Translations under genes and position numbers: made by a program
The notes under the pieces: generated by a model
Databases searched by the model: none
Told to the model about the DNA's origin: nothing
What the model saw: the letters and a program-made list of their open reading frames with translations, nothing else
IMG/VR virus record: IMGVR_UViG_3300012953_000088
Coordinates: 1 to 35,885 of that record
Source: a virus
Lineage: Duplodnaviria; Caudoviricetes
Strand: one strand, 5' to 3'
DNA: 35,885 bases
Shown: positions 1-9,267 of the stretch, piece after piece
How the letters are laid out: each line of letters begins with the position of its first letter
Numbering within the stretch: position 1 is the stretch's first letter

Positions 1-21
1 GCTGCTTCGCACCGCAGCCTC

Positions 22-187
22 CACACACACACACACAGGCACACACACACACACACACAGGCACACACACACACAGGCACACACACACACACACAGGCAC
101 ACACACACACACACACAGGCAGGCACACACACACACAGGCACACACACACACACACACACAGGCAGGCACACACACACAGGCACACA
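22..187. repeat. Interrupted (CA)n microsatellite, units (CA)n-GG
   Basis: CA runs of 8,10,7,9,10,1,7,11,1,6,3 dinucleotides, separated by GG; read directly. Confidence 0.95.
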
Positions 188-202
188 GCTCACGCCTTAG
201 GG

Positions 203-298
203 GTGATCATCTGAGTCACCCTAATAGTGATCATTTGAGTCACCCTAATAGTGATCATTTGAGTCACCCTAATGGTGATCATTTGAGTCACCCTAATG
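203..298. repeat. 24-bp tandem repeat x4 (GTGATCATYTGAGTCACCCTAATR)
   Basis: Units start at 203, 227, 251, 275; each carries the palindrome TGATCA and an imperfect GTGA...TCAC dyad. Confidence 0.95.
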
Positions 299-546
299 GT
301 GTACGCCCGTATACCCCTAGGGGGGTCCTTTTGTGCACCCTTAAGCTTCAAACCGCCCCTTCCACCCTTACATTTATGAAAAAATATAGGTCTTTTTGAT
401 TGCACTTTTGGAGGCTCGCTGCTTGTCAACATGACTACACACAGAGCCTGAATGATTCATGTTGATCAGCTGGGCTGGTCAATTGACATCATTGAGATTA
501 CGATCAGGGCGGCATGCACTAATCCGGGCGAGATGGGAGGTGATCA

Positions 547-927
547 GTGATCTACGAAGACACCGTAGTGGTGAACGAAGATTCAGCGTTTTCGCTGCTG
601 GCTCGAGTGACTGACACGGTTGGAACTGTCCTCACTCAATCTGATGTCAGTTCGATTGAATACCAGATCTACCCTGAAGACAGCACGACGGCACATGTCG
701 GAGCGACATCACTCACTGTTTCCAGCGTGATTTACGATACCCTCCAGACTCATGCCGCCTGGATCAAAGACACGACTGGATACAATTTCCGGCACGATGT
801 CGCCGCTACGGTCTTGCTGGATCCTGATGTCACCTACTTAGTCGAGCACAAATTCACCTTGGCCACTGGCACAATCATCCGAACGCATCCGTTCCGTGTC
901 AGTGTTCATCCTCTCAAATCCGCTTAG
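547..927 (+). CDS. Hypothetical protein, possibly a beta-rich virion protein
   Basis: 126 aa ORF with GGAGG RBS upstream; Thr/Val/Ser-rich; lies ahead of the terminase. Confidence 0.6.
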   Translation: MIYEDTVVVNEDSAFSLLARVTDTVGTVLTQSDVSSIEYQIYPEDSTTAHVGATSLTVSSVIYDTLQTHAAWIKDTTGYNFRHDVAATVLLDPDVTYLVEHKFTLATGTIIRTHPFRVSVHPLKSA

Positions 928-936
928 GAATCAGTG

Positions 937-1089
937 ATGACTAAAGACGAAGCCGTGAAAATCATGATTGACGTTGCGACTCAGCGAGCACCGCACAATC
1001 GAAATGAACTGAAAGAAGCTCTCAGCATTCTTGAGCCTGCCCAGCAAGCACCAGCGAAGAAGCCGATCCGGACTTCAATCGGAACGTAG
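937..1089 (+). CDS. Small hypothetical protein (50 aa, MTKDEAVKIMIDV...), not in the ORF track
   Basis: AGGA upstream, ATG at 937, TAG at 1087-1089 directly abutting the terminase ATG at 1090. Confidence 0.6.
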   Translation: MTKDEAVKIMIDVATQRAPHNRNELKEALSILEPAQQAPAKKPIRTSIGT

Positions 1090-3159
1090 ATGCCACGGAA
1101 AGAATCAAGATCAGACAGTAAACGGTATGAAGTTGACAACGCATACCGTGCCGAAGTTTCACGCAAACTGTCAGCGGCAGGTCGCGACATTGGTGAAATC
1201 CCAGATGTCGCGAATCCTGATCGGCGAAAGAAATGCGAAAAGAATTTCCGGCTGTTTTGTGAGTCGTATCATACGGATCTGTTTTCGCGGGCATGGTCTC
1301 CTGATCACCTGAAGGCTATCGACAAACTGGAATCCGCCGTGTTACGGGGAAACCAGTTTGCTCTCGCGATGCCTCGAGGGTCGGGCAAAACCACAATGTG
1401 CTATATCGCCTGCCAATGGGCATTGATGTACGCACACAGATCCTTCGTTGTGTTGATCGGTGCGGAAGCCACGGCGGCACTTGAGTTGCTGGATGCTCTC
1501 CGGACAGATATGGAAAACAATGAACTACTGCTGGAAGATTTCCCGGAAGTCATCTTTCCTATCCGTGCTCTTGAAGGCATCGCCCATCGCTGCAACGGTC
1601 AAACCTGCAATGGCGAACGCACTCAAATGACATGGACATCTGACAGAGTAGTGTTGCCGACGATAAAAGGCAGCAAGGCAAGCGGTGCGGCTTTGCGAGT
1701 TGTAGGTTTGACGGGCCGGCTTCGTGGTATGCAGACTAAGACTCCAGACGGTCATTCGATTCGTCCGGATCTGGTCGTCATCGATGATCCTCAGACCGAC
1801 GATAGCGCGAGATCTGTTTCTCAGAACGATTATCGAGAACGACTGCTCTCAGGTGCCGTGCTTGGAATGGCTGGTCCTGGTGAACCTATCGCTGCCGTGA
1901 TGCCTTGCACTGTTATCCGATACGGTGACATGGCTGACAGAATACTTGATCGGCAACGGCATCCTGAATGGCGAGGCGAGCGAACGCAGTTGGTTTACGA
2001 ATGGCCGACTGCGACAAAGCTGTGGGATGAATATGCTGACATCTGGGCCGGCGAACTCCGAAACGATGGTGACGGCACCGCTGCCACAATGTTTTACCGT
2101 GACAATCGGGACGCGATGGACAAAGGTTCGCGAGTGGCATGGGATCAACGGTTCTTAGATACAGAAATCTCTGCCATTCAGCATGCTTACAATCTGAAAC
2201 TTAAGATTGGTGAAGAAGCCTTCAACTCAGAATATCAAAACCAGCCGGAAGACATCGCGTCGATGACGAATCCGATAAGCGTGACGGCTGATGATATCAC
2301 TGCTAAGACTTCAACTGTGAAGAGAGGGATTGTTCCTGTTGAGCATGACCGGCTGGTCGGCTTCATTGACATCTCGCAGAAATGTCTTTGGTGGACAGTG
2401 ATGGCATTCGGCAGAGGGTTTGCCGGGACCGTGATTAACTATGGCATCTGGCCAGATCAAAACGTGCGGTATTCCCGGTTGTCATCAATCAAGCGGACTT
2501 TGCAGCGGCGTTATCCGGGTCATGGGCTGGAAGCCGCGATCTTGCGTGGATTGGAAGATTGCACCAAACACATGATGCAGAACTGGAAAGGTGAAACTGG
2601 TGGAGAGTTTCAGCCCGAACGGATCTTGGTTGACGAAGGCGACGGCGAGCACACACAGATTGTGAGATCATTTTGTCGCCGGTCTGATTTTTCAGCAGTG
2701 TTAATGCCGTCGAAAGGTCGAGGTATTCGGGCAAGCAATCAGCCACTGTGCAACGGCAAGGCAAAAAAGAATGAGCGGTTTGGCACTTACTGGAAGGTCG
2801 TGCGGAACCGTGACAATTCCCGGTCAGTGCATGTTGACGTGAATCACTGGAAGACTTTTTCGATGAGGCGTCTGGAAGCACCTTCGGACGATTCTGGATC
2901 AGTGGATTTGTACAAGAGCACTCCACGTCACCACCAGATGTTTGCTGACCAGTTAACTGCTGAGAAACCGACTGAAGTTGAAGATCTTGCCAGCGGGAAC
3001 CGAGTGATTGAATGGGCAAACTCTCGTCAGCAGGACAATCACTTTTTTGACTGCTTGGTCGGGTGCCATGCAGCAGCGTCAATGCTTGGGTGTAGTTTGA
3101 TTGCACAAGAGCCAGTCGAGCCTGCCAGACCTCGAAAGAAAAAGGTTGCGTATCTCTAA
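1090..3159 (+). CDS. terL: Terminase large subunit (ATPase plus gpA-type nuclease)
   Basis: Walker A MPRGSGKTT, Walker B LVVIDDPQ, C-terminal PSKG, QLTAE and NHFFDCLV motifs resembling lambda gpA; upstream of portal. Confidence 0.9.
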   Translation: MPRKESRSDSKRYEVDNAYRAEVSRKLSAAGRDIGEIPDVANPDRRKKCEKNFRLFCESYHTDLFSRAWSPDHLKAIDKLESAVLRGNQFALAMPRGSGKTTMCYIACQWALMYAHRSFVVLIGAEATAALELLDALRTDMENNELLLEDFPEVIFPIRALEGIAHRCNGQTCNGERTQMTWTSDRVVLPTIKGSKASGAALRVVGLTGRLRGMQTKTPDGHSIRPDLVVIDDPQTDDSARSVSQNDYRERLLSGAVLGMAGPGEPIAAVMPCTVIRYGDMADRILDRQRHPEWRGERTQLVYEWPTATKLWDEYADIWAGELRNDGDGTAATMFYRDNRDAMDKGSRVAWDQRFLDTEISAIQHAYNLKLKIGEEAFNSEYQNQPEDIASMTNPISVTADDITAKTSTVKRGIVPVEHDRLVGFIDISQKCLWWTVMAFGRGFAGTVINYGIWPDQNVRYSRLSSIKRTLQRRYPGHGLEAAILRGLEDCTKHMMQNWKGETGGEFQPERILVDEGDGEHTQIVRSFCRRSDFSAVLMPSKGRGIRASNQPLCNGKAKKNERFGTYWKVVRNRDNSRSVHVDVNHWKTFSMRRLEAPSDDSGSVDLYKSTPRHHQMFADQLTAEKPTEVEDLASGNRVIEWANSRQQDNHFFDCLVGCHAAASMLGCSLIAQEPVEPARPRKKKVAYL

Positions 3160-3431
3160 TGGCGAAAAAAGCGACAGCAAAGAAACCTAAGACCACAAAG
3201 GCTCGTGTTGATTGTGTCAACGTGAGGCCGGCAGCTTGCCCTAAGTGCTCTTGTACTGACCGCACAAAAAAACAGTCAGTAGTCAAACGGTACATCAACG
3301 GGACGCTGCAGCCGGGGAACATTCGTTACACGTTGGTTCAATGGAACTATTGCAACTGTGCAAATTGTGGTCACAAGTACAGATTCATTGAATATTTAAA
3401 CCCTAAGTCTCGCCCTAAGGGCGCGTCGTAG
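3159..3431 (+). CDS. Basic zinc-ribbon protein (Ogr/Delta-like architecture)
   Basis: CPKC...CANC pairs, Lys-rich N-terminus, TAATG overlap with terL. Confidence 0.6.
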   Translation: MAKKATAKKPKTTKARVDCVNVRPAACPKCSCTDRTKKQSVVKRYINGTLQPGNIRYTLVQWNYCNCANCGHKYRFIEYLNPKSRPKGAS

Positions 3432-3470
3432 TTCCTTGCATGTTTTATCTTGTCTTCTGAGGATGCTCAA

Positions 3471-3695
3471 ATGCCGCAAACTCTCGCAGAAATGAAACAA
3501 GCTGCCGACGACCTTGAATCGGTTGTTCAGGCTGGCTTAATGCAAACAGCTGTTGATGGTCAGTCAACCACTTTCGCGAACATGCGTGACTTGCGATCTG
3601 AGTTGGCAGAGCTTCGCCGGCAGATTCAGATCGCCGAAGAAGGCGTGCAGACTCGCCCTCGCTGGTCGAGCTTTGATATTTCAGGGAGCATGTAA
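3471..3695 (+). CDS. Head-tail joining protein, lambda gpW-like
   Basis: Helix-hairpin-helix pattern (VDGQSTTFANMRDLRSELAEL), size, and position between terminase and portal; GAGGA RBS before ATG 3471. Confidence 0.7.
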   Translation: MPQTLAEMKQAADDLESVVQAGLMQTAVDGQSTTFANMRDLRSELAELRRQIQIAEEGVQTRPRWSSFDISGSM

Positions 3696-5141
3696 ATGCC
3701 TTTAATGTCTGACTTATCAACGCGAATGGGTTCGTTCTTTTCCAGTGGTTATGACGCGATTAAGACCAGCGGCAAACGCAAAGCTGCGTCGTCCGTTCTT
3801 AAGCACGAAGAAGAACAGCTCAAGCATCGTGACCGAAAAGCTTTGGTCAGTACTGGTCGCGACCTGAATCGAAACTATTCAGTAGTCGCGTGGGCTGTGC
3901 GAAAGCATCTGGATTATGTCAGTCAATTCAACTTCCAGTCACGCACTGGAGTCGAAGAGTTTGACACAACCCTTGAAAAACTCATGCGAGAATGGGATCG
4001 ACCTGCAAACTGTGATGTTGCAGGCCGGCATCCGTTTTCTCGTATTATTCGCATGGCCGAAGCTCGCCGCACCATCGACGGTGATGTCTTTCTGATTAAG
4101 CGATCAAGTGGCAAGCTTCAGCCGGTTGAAGGCGATTTGATTCAAGATCCGCCAGATCGATCAGTCAATCATTCTTGGATGAATGGGTGCAAGGTTAACA
4201 GCGAAGGTCGTGCGTTAGCTTGGGGTCTTCACAAGCGTTCAACTGCTGGGCAGTATGAGTTTCAGAAGCAGGTTCGTTCCAGTGCAATCTTGCAACATGC
4301 GTTCTTTGATCGTTTTGATCAAGTCAGGGGAATTAGTCCGCTCGCCGCTGCGTTTAATACGTACCGAGACTGTTACGAGGGTGTTGACTACGCACTTGCA
4401 AAACTCAAAGTTGAGCAACTGTTTGCAATGGTAATCACTGATACCTCGTCTGATGGAATGGGTGAACACACTAAGACCGGCGACGGATACGATGTGTCTT
4501 TTGGGAAGGGGCCGATCAAATTAGAAATGGACCCCGGCGATGATGCTAAGTTCCTGACCAGCGACAATCCCGGTTCATCGACTCAAGAGTTTTTGAACAT
4601 GGTTCTGGGGATGGCTCTTAAGTCGCTCGACATCCCGTTCAGTTTTTACCGTGAAGACTTCACAAACTTCTTCGGTAGCAAAGCTGCATTTATGCAGTAT
4701 GACCGATCATGTAAATCAAAACGAGATGACCTGCAGGACTTACTTCGCAGGATTACTGTCTGGCGAATGCAGTTATGGATCCAAGACGGCGAGCTACGGT
4801 TGCCCCAAGGAATGACTCTTAGAGACATTCCATTCGAGTGGGTTCCGATTGGGATGCCGTGGTGGGATCCGGCAAAAGAAATCAAAGGCGACCTGATGGC
4901 AATTGGTGCCGGTCTGGACTCTCCGCAGCGAGTTTGTCGCGAACGAGGTCGAGGCGAATGGGAAGATAACGTCAGGCAAATTGCAAAAGCTCAGGCGTTT
5001 GCTGAAGAGATGGGCGTAAACATTACATTTTCTGCTGACTCGCAGCAGCCAACTGAAGAAGAACAACCTGAAGAGGTTGATGAAGAAGTTGACGAAGTTG
5101 AAGACGAGTCAGATGACAAATCTCCAGAGGATGATGACTGA
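3696..5141 (+). CDS. Portal protein, lambda gpB family
   Basis: RDLNRN, RFDQVRGISPLA, TNFFGSK and WWDPAKE motifs; acidic C-terminal tail. Confidence 0.9.
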   Translation: MPLMSDLSTRMGSFFSSGYDAIKTSGKRKAASSVLKHEEEQLKHRDRKALVSTGRDLNRNYSVVAWAVRKHLDYVSQFNFQSRTGVEEFDTTLEKLMREWDRPANCDVAGRHPFSRIIRMAEARRTIDGDVFLIKRSSGKLQPVEGDLIQDPPDRSVNHSWMNGCKVNSEGRALAWGLHKRSTAGQYEFQKQVRSSAILQHAFFDRFDQVRGISPLAAAFNTYRDCYEGVDYALAKLKVEQLFAMVITDTSSDGMGEHTKTGDGYDVSFGKGPIKLEMDPGDDAKFLTSDNPGSSTQEFLNMVLGMALKSLDIPFSFYREDFTNFFGSKAAFMQYDRSCKSKRDDLQDLLRRITVWRMQLWIQDGELRLPQGMTLRDIPFEWVPIGMPWWDPAKEIKGDLMAIGAGLDSPQRVCRERGRGEWEDNVRQIAKAQAFAEEMGVNITFSADSQQPTEEEQPEEVDEEVDEVEDESDDKSPEDDD

Positions 5142-6259
5142 TGCCAGCGAAAGATAAACCGACACATTTCCGAAGCAGTGTTTCGACAGGCTCTCCCCAA
5201 GTGTCTCGCGATGCTGGGATGTTTGACGCAGGGTTAATCACAGACCTGTCAATCATCACCCGTGGCGAAGCTTTGGGGCATGATGTCTGGGTCGATCAGG
5301 ACTTTTTGTCTGATGTTGCAGCCAGTATTAACGAAGCTGCCATGACAAGCGCGACGGGTGGAATGAAAGCTCGGTTTACTCATCCGGGGTTGTCGAGCGA
5401 CGGCACTGGTCAGAAGTTGGGCCGGGTGCGTGACGCTCGCGTTGAGGGAGACCAGGTGATTGCCGACCTGCATTTCCAGAAAGCAGCGACCAGAACCCCA
5501 GACGGTGACTTGGCCGACTACGTGATGACACTGGCTGAGGAAACTCCTGAAGATTTTGGCTTGTCGATTGTGTTCAGCCAAGACATGGAAGCGATGGAAG
5601 ACCATGTGTTTCGCAACACGCAAGGCAACCGCTATGTCTCACCCGATGAAGACAACAAAAACAATTACAAGCATGCGATGCTTGACGAGCTGAGGTCAGC
5701 CGATGTGGTGGACTCTCCTGCTGCAAACCCAGACGGTTTGTTTCAGCGAGGTCAGGAAGCTGCAAAGGAAGGCGAGGCTTTATTGGAATACGCGCTAGGT
5801 CTTTCAGACGCTAAACCTAGCACGTCTCATTTTAGTGTTGACGCTGATCGAATGGCGATCTTTGTCACGCGATTCCTTGAGCGTCATGAACTCTCAGTTC
5901 AAAAGAAAGTGGGTGACCTTGTGTCCGACGCAGAACAACCAGCAGACGAGGTTCCTACACGGGAATCGTTTGCAGCCGAACTTGATCGCTATGTTGAAAG
6001 ATTCGGTGCTGAGTCTGGTTCAAAATGGTTCTCAGAAGGCGTTCCGTATGCAGACGCTTTAGAACTGCACTTTGAATCATTGCAGGCCGAAATCGTGACC
6101 TTGACAACTAAGGTTGAAGAAGTTGAAGAAGTTATCGCCTCGATGGACCGAGGAGATGACGACGGTGCTGAGTTTGGTATTGATACCGAAGAGCCTGCAC
6201 CTGTCGAAAAGACTCTTCGCAACAGAATTCGCATCAACGGAACAGCTGCAAACAACTAG
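5141..6259 (+). CDS. Prohead protease with C-terminal scaffold-like region
   Basis: ARFTHP, GLSIV and ADVVDSPAAN (His/Ser/Asp pattern of phage maturation proteases); acidic coiled-coil C-terminus; lies between portal and capsid. Confidence 0.75.
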   Translation: MPAKDKPTHFRSSVSTGSPQVSRDAGMFDAGLITDLSIITRGEALGHDVWVDQDFLSDVAASINEAAMTSATGGMKARFTHPGLSSDGTGQKLGRVRDARVEGDQVIADLHFQKAATRTPDGDLADYVMTLAEETPEDFGLSIVFSQDMEAMEDHVFRNTQGNRYVSPDEDNKNNYKHAMLDELRSADVVDSPAANPDGLFQRGQEAAKEGEALLEYALGLSDAKPSTSHFSVDADRMAIFVTRFLERHELSVQKKVGDLVSDAEQPADEVPTRESFAAELDRYVERFGAESGSKWFSEGVPYADALELHFESLQAEIVTLTTKVEEVEEVIASMDRGDDDGAEFGIDTEEPAPVEKTLRNRIRINGTAANN

Positions 6260-6309
6260 TTTCAGCTTGATTAAAATTTAACTCACAAAGTGAATAAGGA
6301 GTTTTTAAC

Positions 6310-7245
6310 GTGGCTAATGACCTTATGGCAGTTGGCGATTTCATCGCGGATGCCCTTGATGTTGACAAAACAATTACGAGTGAAGTCCTGAACGGCGCAC
6401 CTTTGGTTGCACGAATTCCAATCAGTGATACTTCTGACGGTTCTGAGACGCACAAATATAACAAGTATACTGGTGCTCCAGTGACTGGTTTCCGTGCTGC
6501 AAATGCTGGTCGCGACTATGACCACTCAACCGATACGGTTGTTACTGCGACCTGTACGATTCTCGATTTTTCTTATCGAGTTGACTACGCAGTTGCTAAC
6601 GCATGGCGGCAAGGTCCAGAAGATCTGATCGCTCGCGAAGGAGTTCGTCATCTGGCATCTGCGTTGTTCAAGGTTGAACAGCAGATCATCTACGGCGTGA
6701 CATCTCCAGGTGACTCTGCTGGGTTTGCTGGATTTTTGGCAAACACAGATTATGACGCACTGGCTGATGACATGGTCATTGGTGGTGGTGGAACAACTGC
6801 CAGCGAGCAGTCTTCACTGTGGGCGTTCAAAACTGGCTTCAATGATGTTCGTCTGGTGACACCTTTCAGTCGAGGTATCACGCTGGGTGACACCATTATC
6901 ACCGAAGCAAACGACAGTAATCACCCTGTGTATTACACTCCAGCTTCGATGTACATCGGACTGCAGCAGGGTGGTAAATACTCCGCTGGTCGAATCGCAA
7001 ACTTAAGCGAAACGACCGACTCTAAGCCTCTGACTGACGACTTGATTTCAAGCCTGTTGTCAGAGTTTCCTTCCGGAATGGGACCAGACTTCATGGTCTG
7101 CAATCGTCCAATTTTGAAGGGCTTGCAACAGAGTCGCACAGCTACCAACGCGACTGGTGCTCCTGCACCATTCCCGAACTCTGCGTTTGGAGTTGAGTTG
7201 TTTACGACTGATGCAATCACTATCACCGAAGCGGTGGAAGTGTAA
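6310..7245 (+). CDS. Major capsid protein
   Basis: 311 aa, strong AAGGAG RBS, position after the protease, HK97-fold-like ending (FGVELFTTDAI). Confidence 0.8.
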   Translation: MANDLMAVGDFIADALDVDKTITSEVLNGAPLVARIPISDTSDGSETHKYNKYTGAPVTGFRAANAGRDYDHSTDTVVTATCTILDFSYRVDYAVANAWRQGPEDLIAREGVRHLASALFKVEQQIIYGVTSPGDSAGFAGFLANTDYDALADDMVIGGGGTTASEQSSLWAFKTGFNDVRLVTPFSRGITLGDTIITEANDSNHPVYYTPASMYIGLQQGGKYSAGRIANLSETTDSKPLTDDLISSLLSEFPSGMGPDFMVCNRPILKGLQQSRTATNATGAPAPFPNSAFGVELFTTDAITITEAVEV

Positions 7246-7249
7246 GCGA

Positions 7250-8677
7250 ATGAGTACGCCGCTTGAAAAAGCTGTTCAGGCTAGTCTCAAAGCCGTGAGG
7301 AAGGTTGCCGGTGCTCCGGTGACCTACTCACGCGGCGAGACTACGTTGACGATTTCTCAAGCGGTACAGGGCCGCACTTCCAAGGTGAATATTGATGTTG
7401 GAGGTGCGGAACAGGTTGTCGAAGCGGCCGACTGGCTGATCAAGGTGACTGATCTCAGTACCCTTGCTCCGCCAGAGTCGGGCGACGTCATTGTTCGTAC
7501 AGTCGAGGGGGTCACATACACTTGGACTGTCGAGACTCTTGACATGGGCGAGACTGAGTGGGACTGGTCAGACACCGCCAGAACGGCTTATCGAATTCAC
7601 ACTCGCAAAGATGGTGCTTCCGCTTATGAAGTCTCAGAACCAACTGGTTTTGACCTGTCTGGCGCGGAGCTGAAAATGGCCCCAGCAAATACAGCCGCTA
7701 CTTTCACAATTCCCGCATTGTCCGGATGGGCAGTCGAAGGCGCGACGTTTACTCGCAACGGTTCGTCGTTCGACCTCACGTTTGATCGTGAACAGTACAA
7801 GCCGGCTACTACACAAGATTACTACGTAAGCTACCCAGGCGCAGGGACTAAAAGCGGCGATAGCTGGGCAAATGCAAAATCGATCATCCGGCTGGCAGTA
7901 GATGCAGCCAACGCAGCCGGCGTCGTGCCGCGAATATATCTGGACGGAGGGCAGACTCACACGAATGACTCCTCGATGGCTCCATCAATGCAACTGATCG
8001 GGGTTAATCGCGGAGCAGGTGCAAATGCCACGCTGGCATCTCCTACGTTTGTGACAAATGGCTCCTATGCCACAAATTTTTATGGTGAGAATTTAATATT
8101 CGATACTGTCGTCAACAGCTCTGCTGGTAATCGCTATTTCAAAAATTGCACGTTCGCCAACTCAGTTAGCGCTGCACCAGTTGCCGGCCAGTTCACCGGC
8201 GATGGCGTTGTGATATTGGAGGACTGCTACACAGCCAACAGGCCAGGAGACGGATTCGACTATACCGGCACACTGTCTGCGTTTGAGATCAACTGCACGG
8301 CGACCGACAACGGCGACGGGGTCACAGTCGCAGACAATGGCAGCGCAGCCGGAGGCAGTGTCACGATTGTCCGGTATAACGGCACATACACCGGCAACTA
8401 TCGAAACGTCCACGATGTGGGAGCCGCAAAGAGCTACTTGATCGACTGTACGGTCAATGATTCGCAGAGCAACGGCGATGCTGCCTATGACTCATTCAAC
8501 GTGGGCGCTGGTGAGCCAGGGTCAACTGATAGTACAGAGGTCACAATCTGGTCAGGCAATGTTTCGGGCGGGGCTACTGTTGATCTGTTCAATGACTCGG
8601 ATTCAACGCTGACGGTCTACGATTTGGCCACATACAGTACTTCGGACGGCACCATTACCGATGCGGAGATTGAGTGA
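7250..8677 (+). CDS. Head-closure (gpFII-like) domain fused in frame to a pectin-lyase/beta-helix-like domain
   Basis: N-terminal ~140 aa (VTYSRG...DWLIK...PESGDVI) follows the capsid gene; C-terminal YVS..G.G..SGDSWANA and N/G-rich beta-helix-like repeats. Confidence 0.6.
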   Translation: MSTPLEKAVQASLKAVRKVAGAPVTYSRGETTLTISQAVQGRTSKVNIDVGGAEQVVEAADWLIKVTDLSTLAPPESGDVIVRTVEGVTYTWTVETLDMGETEWDWSDTARTAYRIHTRKDGASAYEVSEPTGFDLSGAELKMAPANTAATFTIPALSGWAVEGATFTRNGSSFDLTFDREQYKPATTQDYYVSYPGAGTKSGDSWANAKSIIRLAVDAANAAGVVPRIYLDGGQTHTNDSSMAPSMQLIGVNRGAGANATLASPTFVTNGSYATNFYGENLIFDTVVNSSAGNRYFKNCTFANSVSAAPVAGQFTGDGVVILEDCYTANRPGDGFDYTGTLSAFEINCTATDNGDGVTVADNGSAAGGSVTIVRYNGTYTGNYRNVHDVGAAKSYLIDCTVNDSQSNGDAAYDSFNVGAGEPGSTDSTEVTIWSGNVSGGATVDLFNDSDSTLTVYDLATYSTSDGTITDAEIE

Positions 8678-9231
8678 TGGCTAAAGGCCCAGAGCAATTT
8701 GCGAACATGACTGGCGTTAATGAGACAATTCGTAACCTGCACAAAATTAACGCTTCAGTCGCTCGTCCTGCAGTCGCTTCTGGTATGCGAAAGGGTTTAG
8801 CGGTTGTTAGGAAAGCGATTAAAAAAGAATGTGAGCATCCTAGTGTCGCAGCCACAGTTTCGAGCCGGTTTACTCGAGGACGAAAACGAAACACGCATAT
8901 TTATGCGAAGGTTGGTCTCGGTGTAGGTAAAAGACGTCCTGGCCGATTCAATAAGAGCGGCACCAGAAATAAGTACGGACTCGGGATGTCAAACTATAAC
9001 ATCCACTGGTATGCGATTGGGACGGGGGAACGGGTTCAGAAGACGACAGGTCGATATACAGGACGAATGTGGGGGAAGAGAGGAACTATTCCGCAACCTC
9101 TTCGTTTAGGTTGGTTGAAATCAAGAGGTAAGGCGAAAAAAGTGATGATTGACCAAATGCAACGTCATTTCATTAAGGGCATGAAGAAGAAGATAAAAGT
9201 CAAAGGCTTCCGCAAAGCGTTTAGCATTTAA
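8677..9231 (+). CDS. Neck/tail-completion protein, HK97 gp10-like
   Basis: Very basic; GVNETIRNL, HWYAIGT and PQPLRLG pattern; position before tail tube. Confidence 0.65.
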   Translation: MAKGPEQFANMTGVNETIRNLHKINASVARPAVASGMRKGLAVVRKAIKKECEHPSVAATVSSRFTRGRKRNTHIYAKVGLGVGKRRPGRFNKSGTRNKYGLGMSNYNIHWYAIGTGERVQKTTGRYTGRMWGKRGTIPQPLRLGWLKSRGKAKKVMIDQMQRHFIKGMKKKIKVKGFRKAFSI

Positions 9232-9267
9232 GCTCGCTGTTTAACAACTATCTGAAAGGTTAATCCA

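Noticed and set aside
196-298. Telomere repeats (CCCTAA/TTAGGG) or protelomerase hairpin end
   Set aside because: The hexamer occurs once per 24-bp unit, not tandemly; no protelomerase or long perfect palindrome seen
190-432. Minus-strand 80-aa ORF with IRVTQMIT repeats
   Set aside because: Simply the translation of the 24-bp array; opposite to all other genes and without support
483-504. Shared late-promoter motif TTGACN-10/11-TACRRT here and at 29826-29848
   Set aside because: Only two instances with non-canonical spacing; could be chance
2489-3322. 277-aa minus-strand ORF and the other antisense ORFs in the track
   Set aside because: Shadows of well-supported plus-strand genes with no motifs
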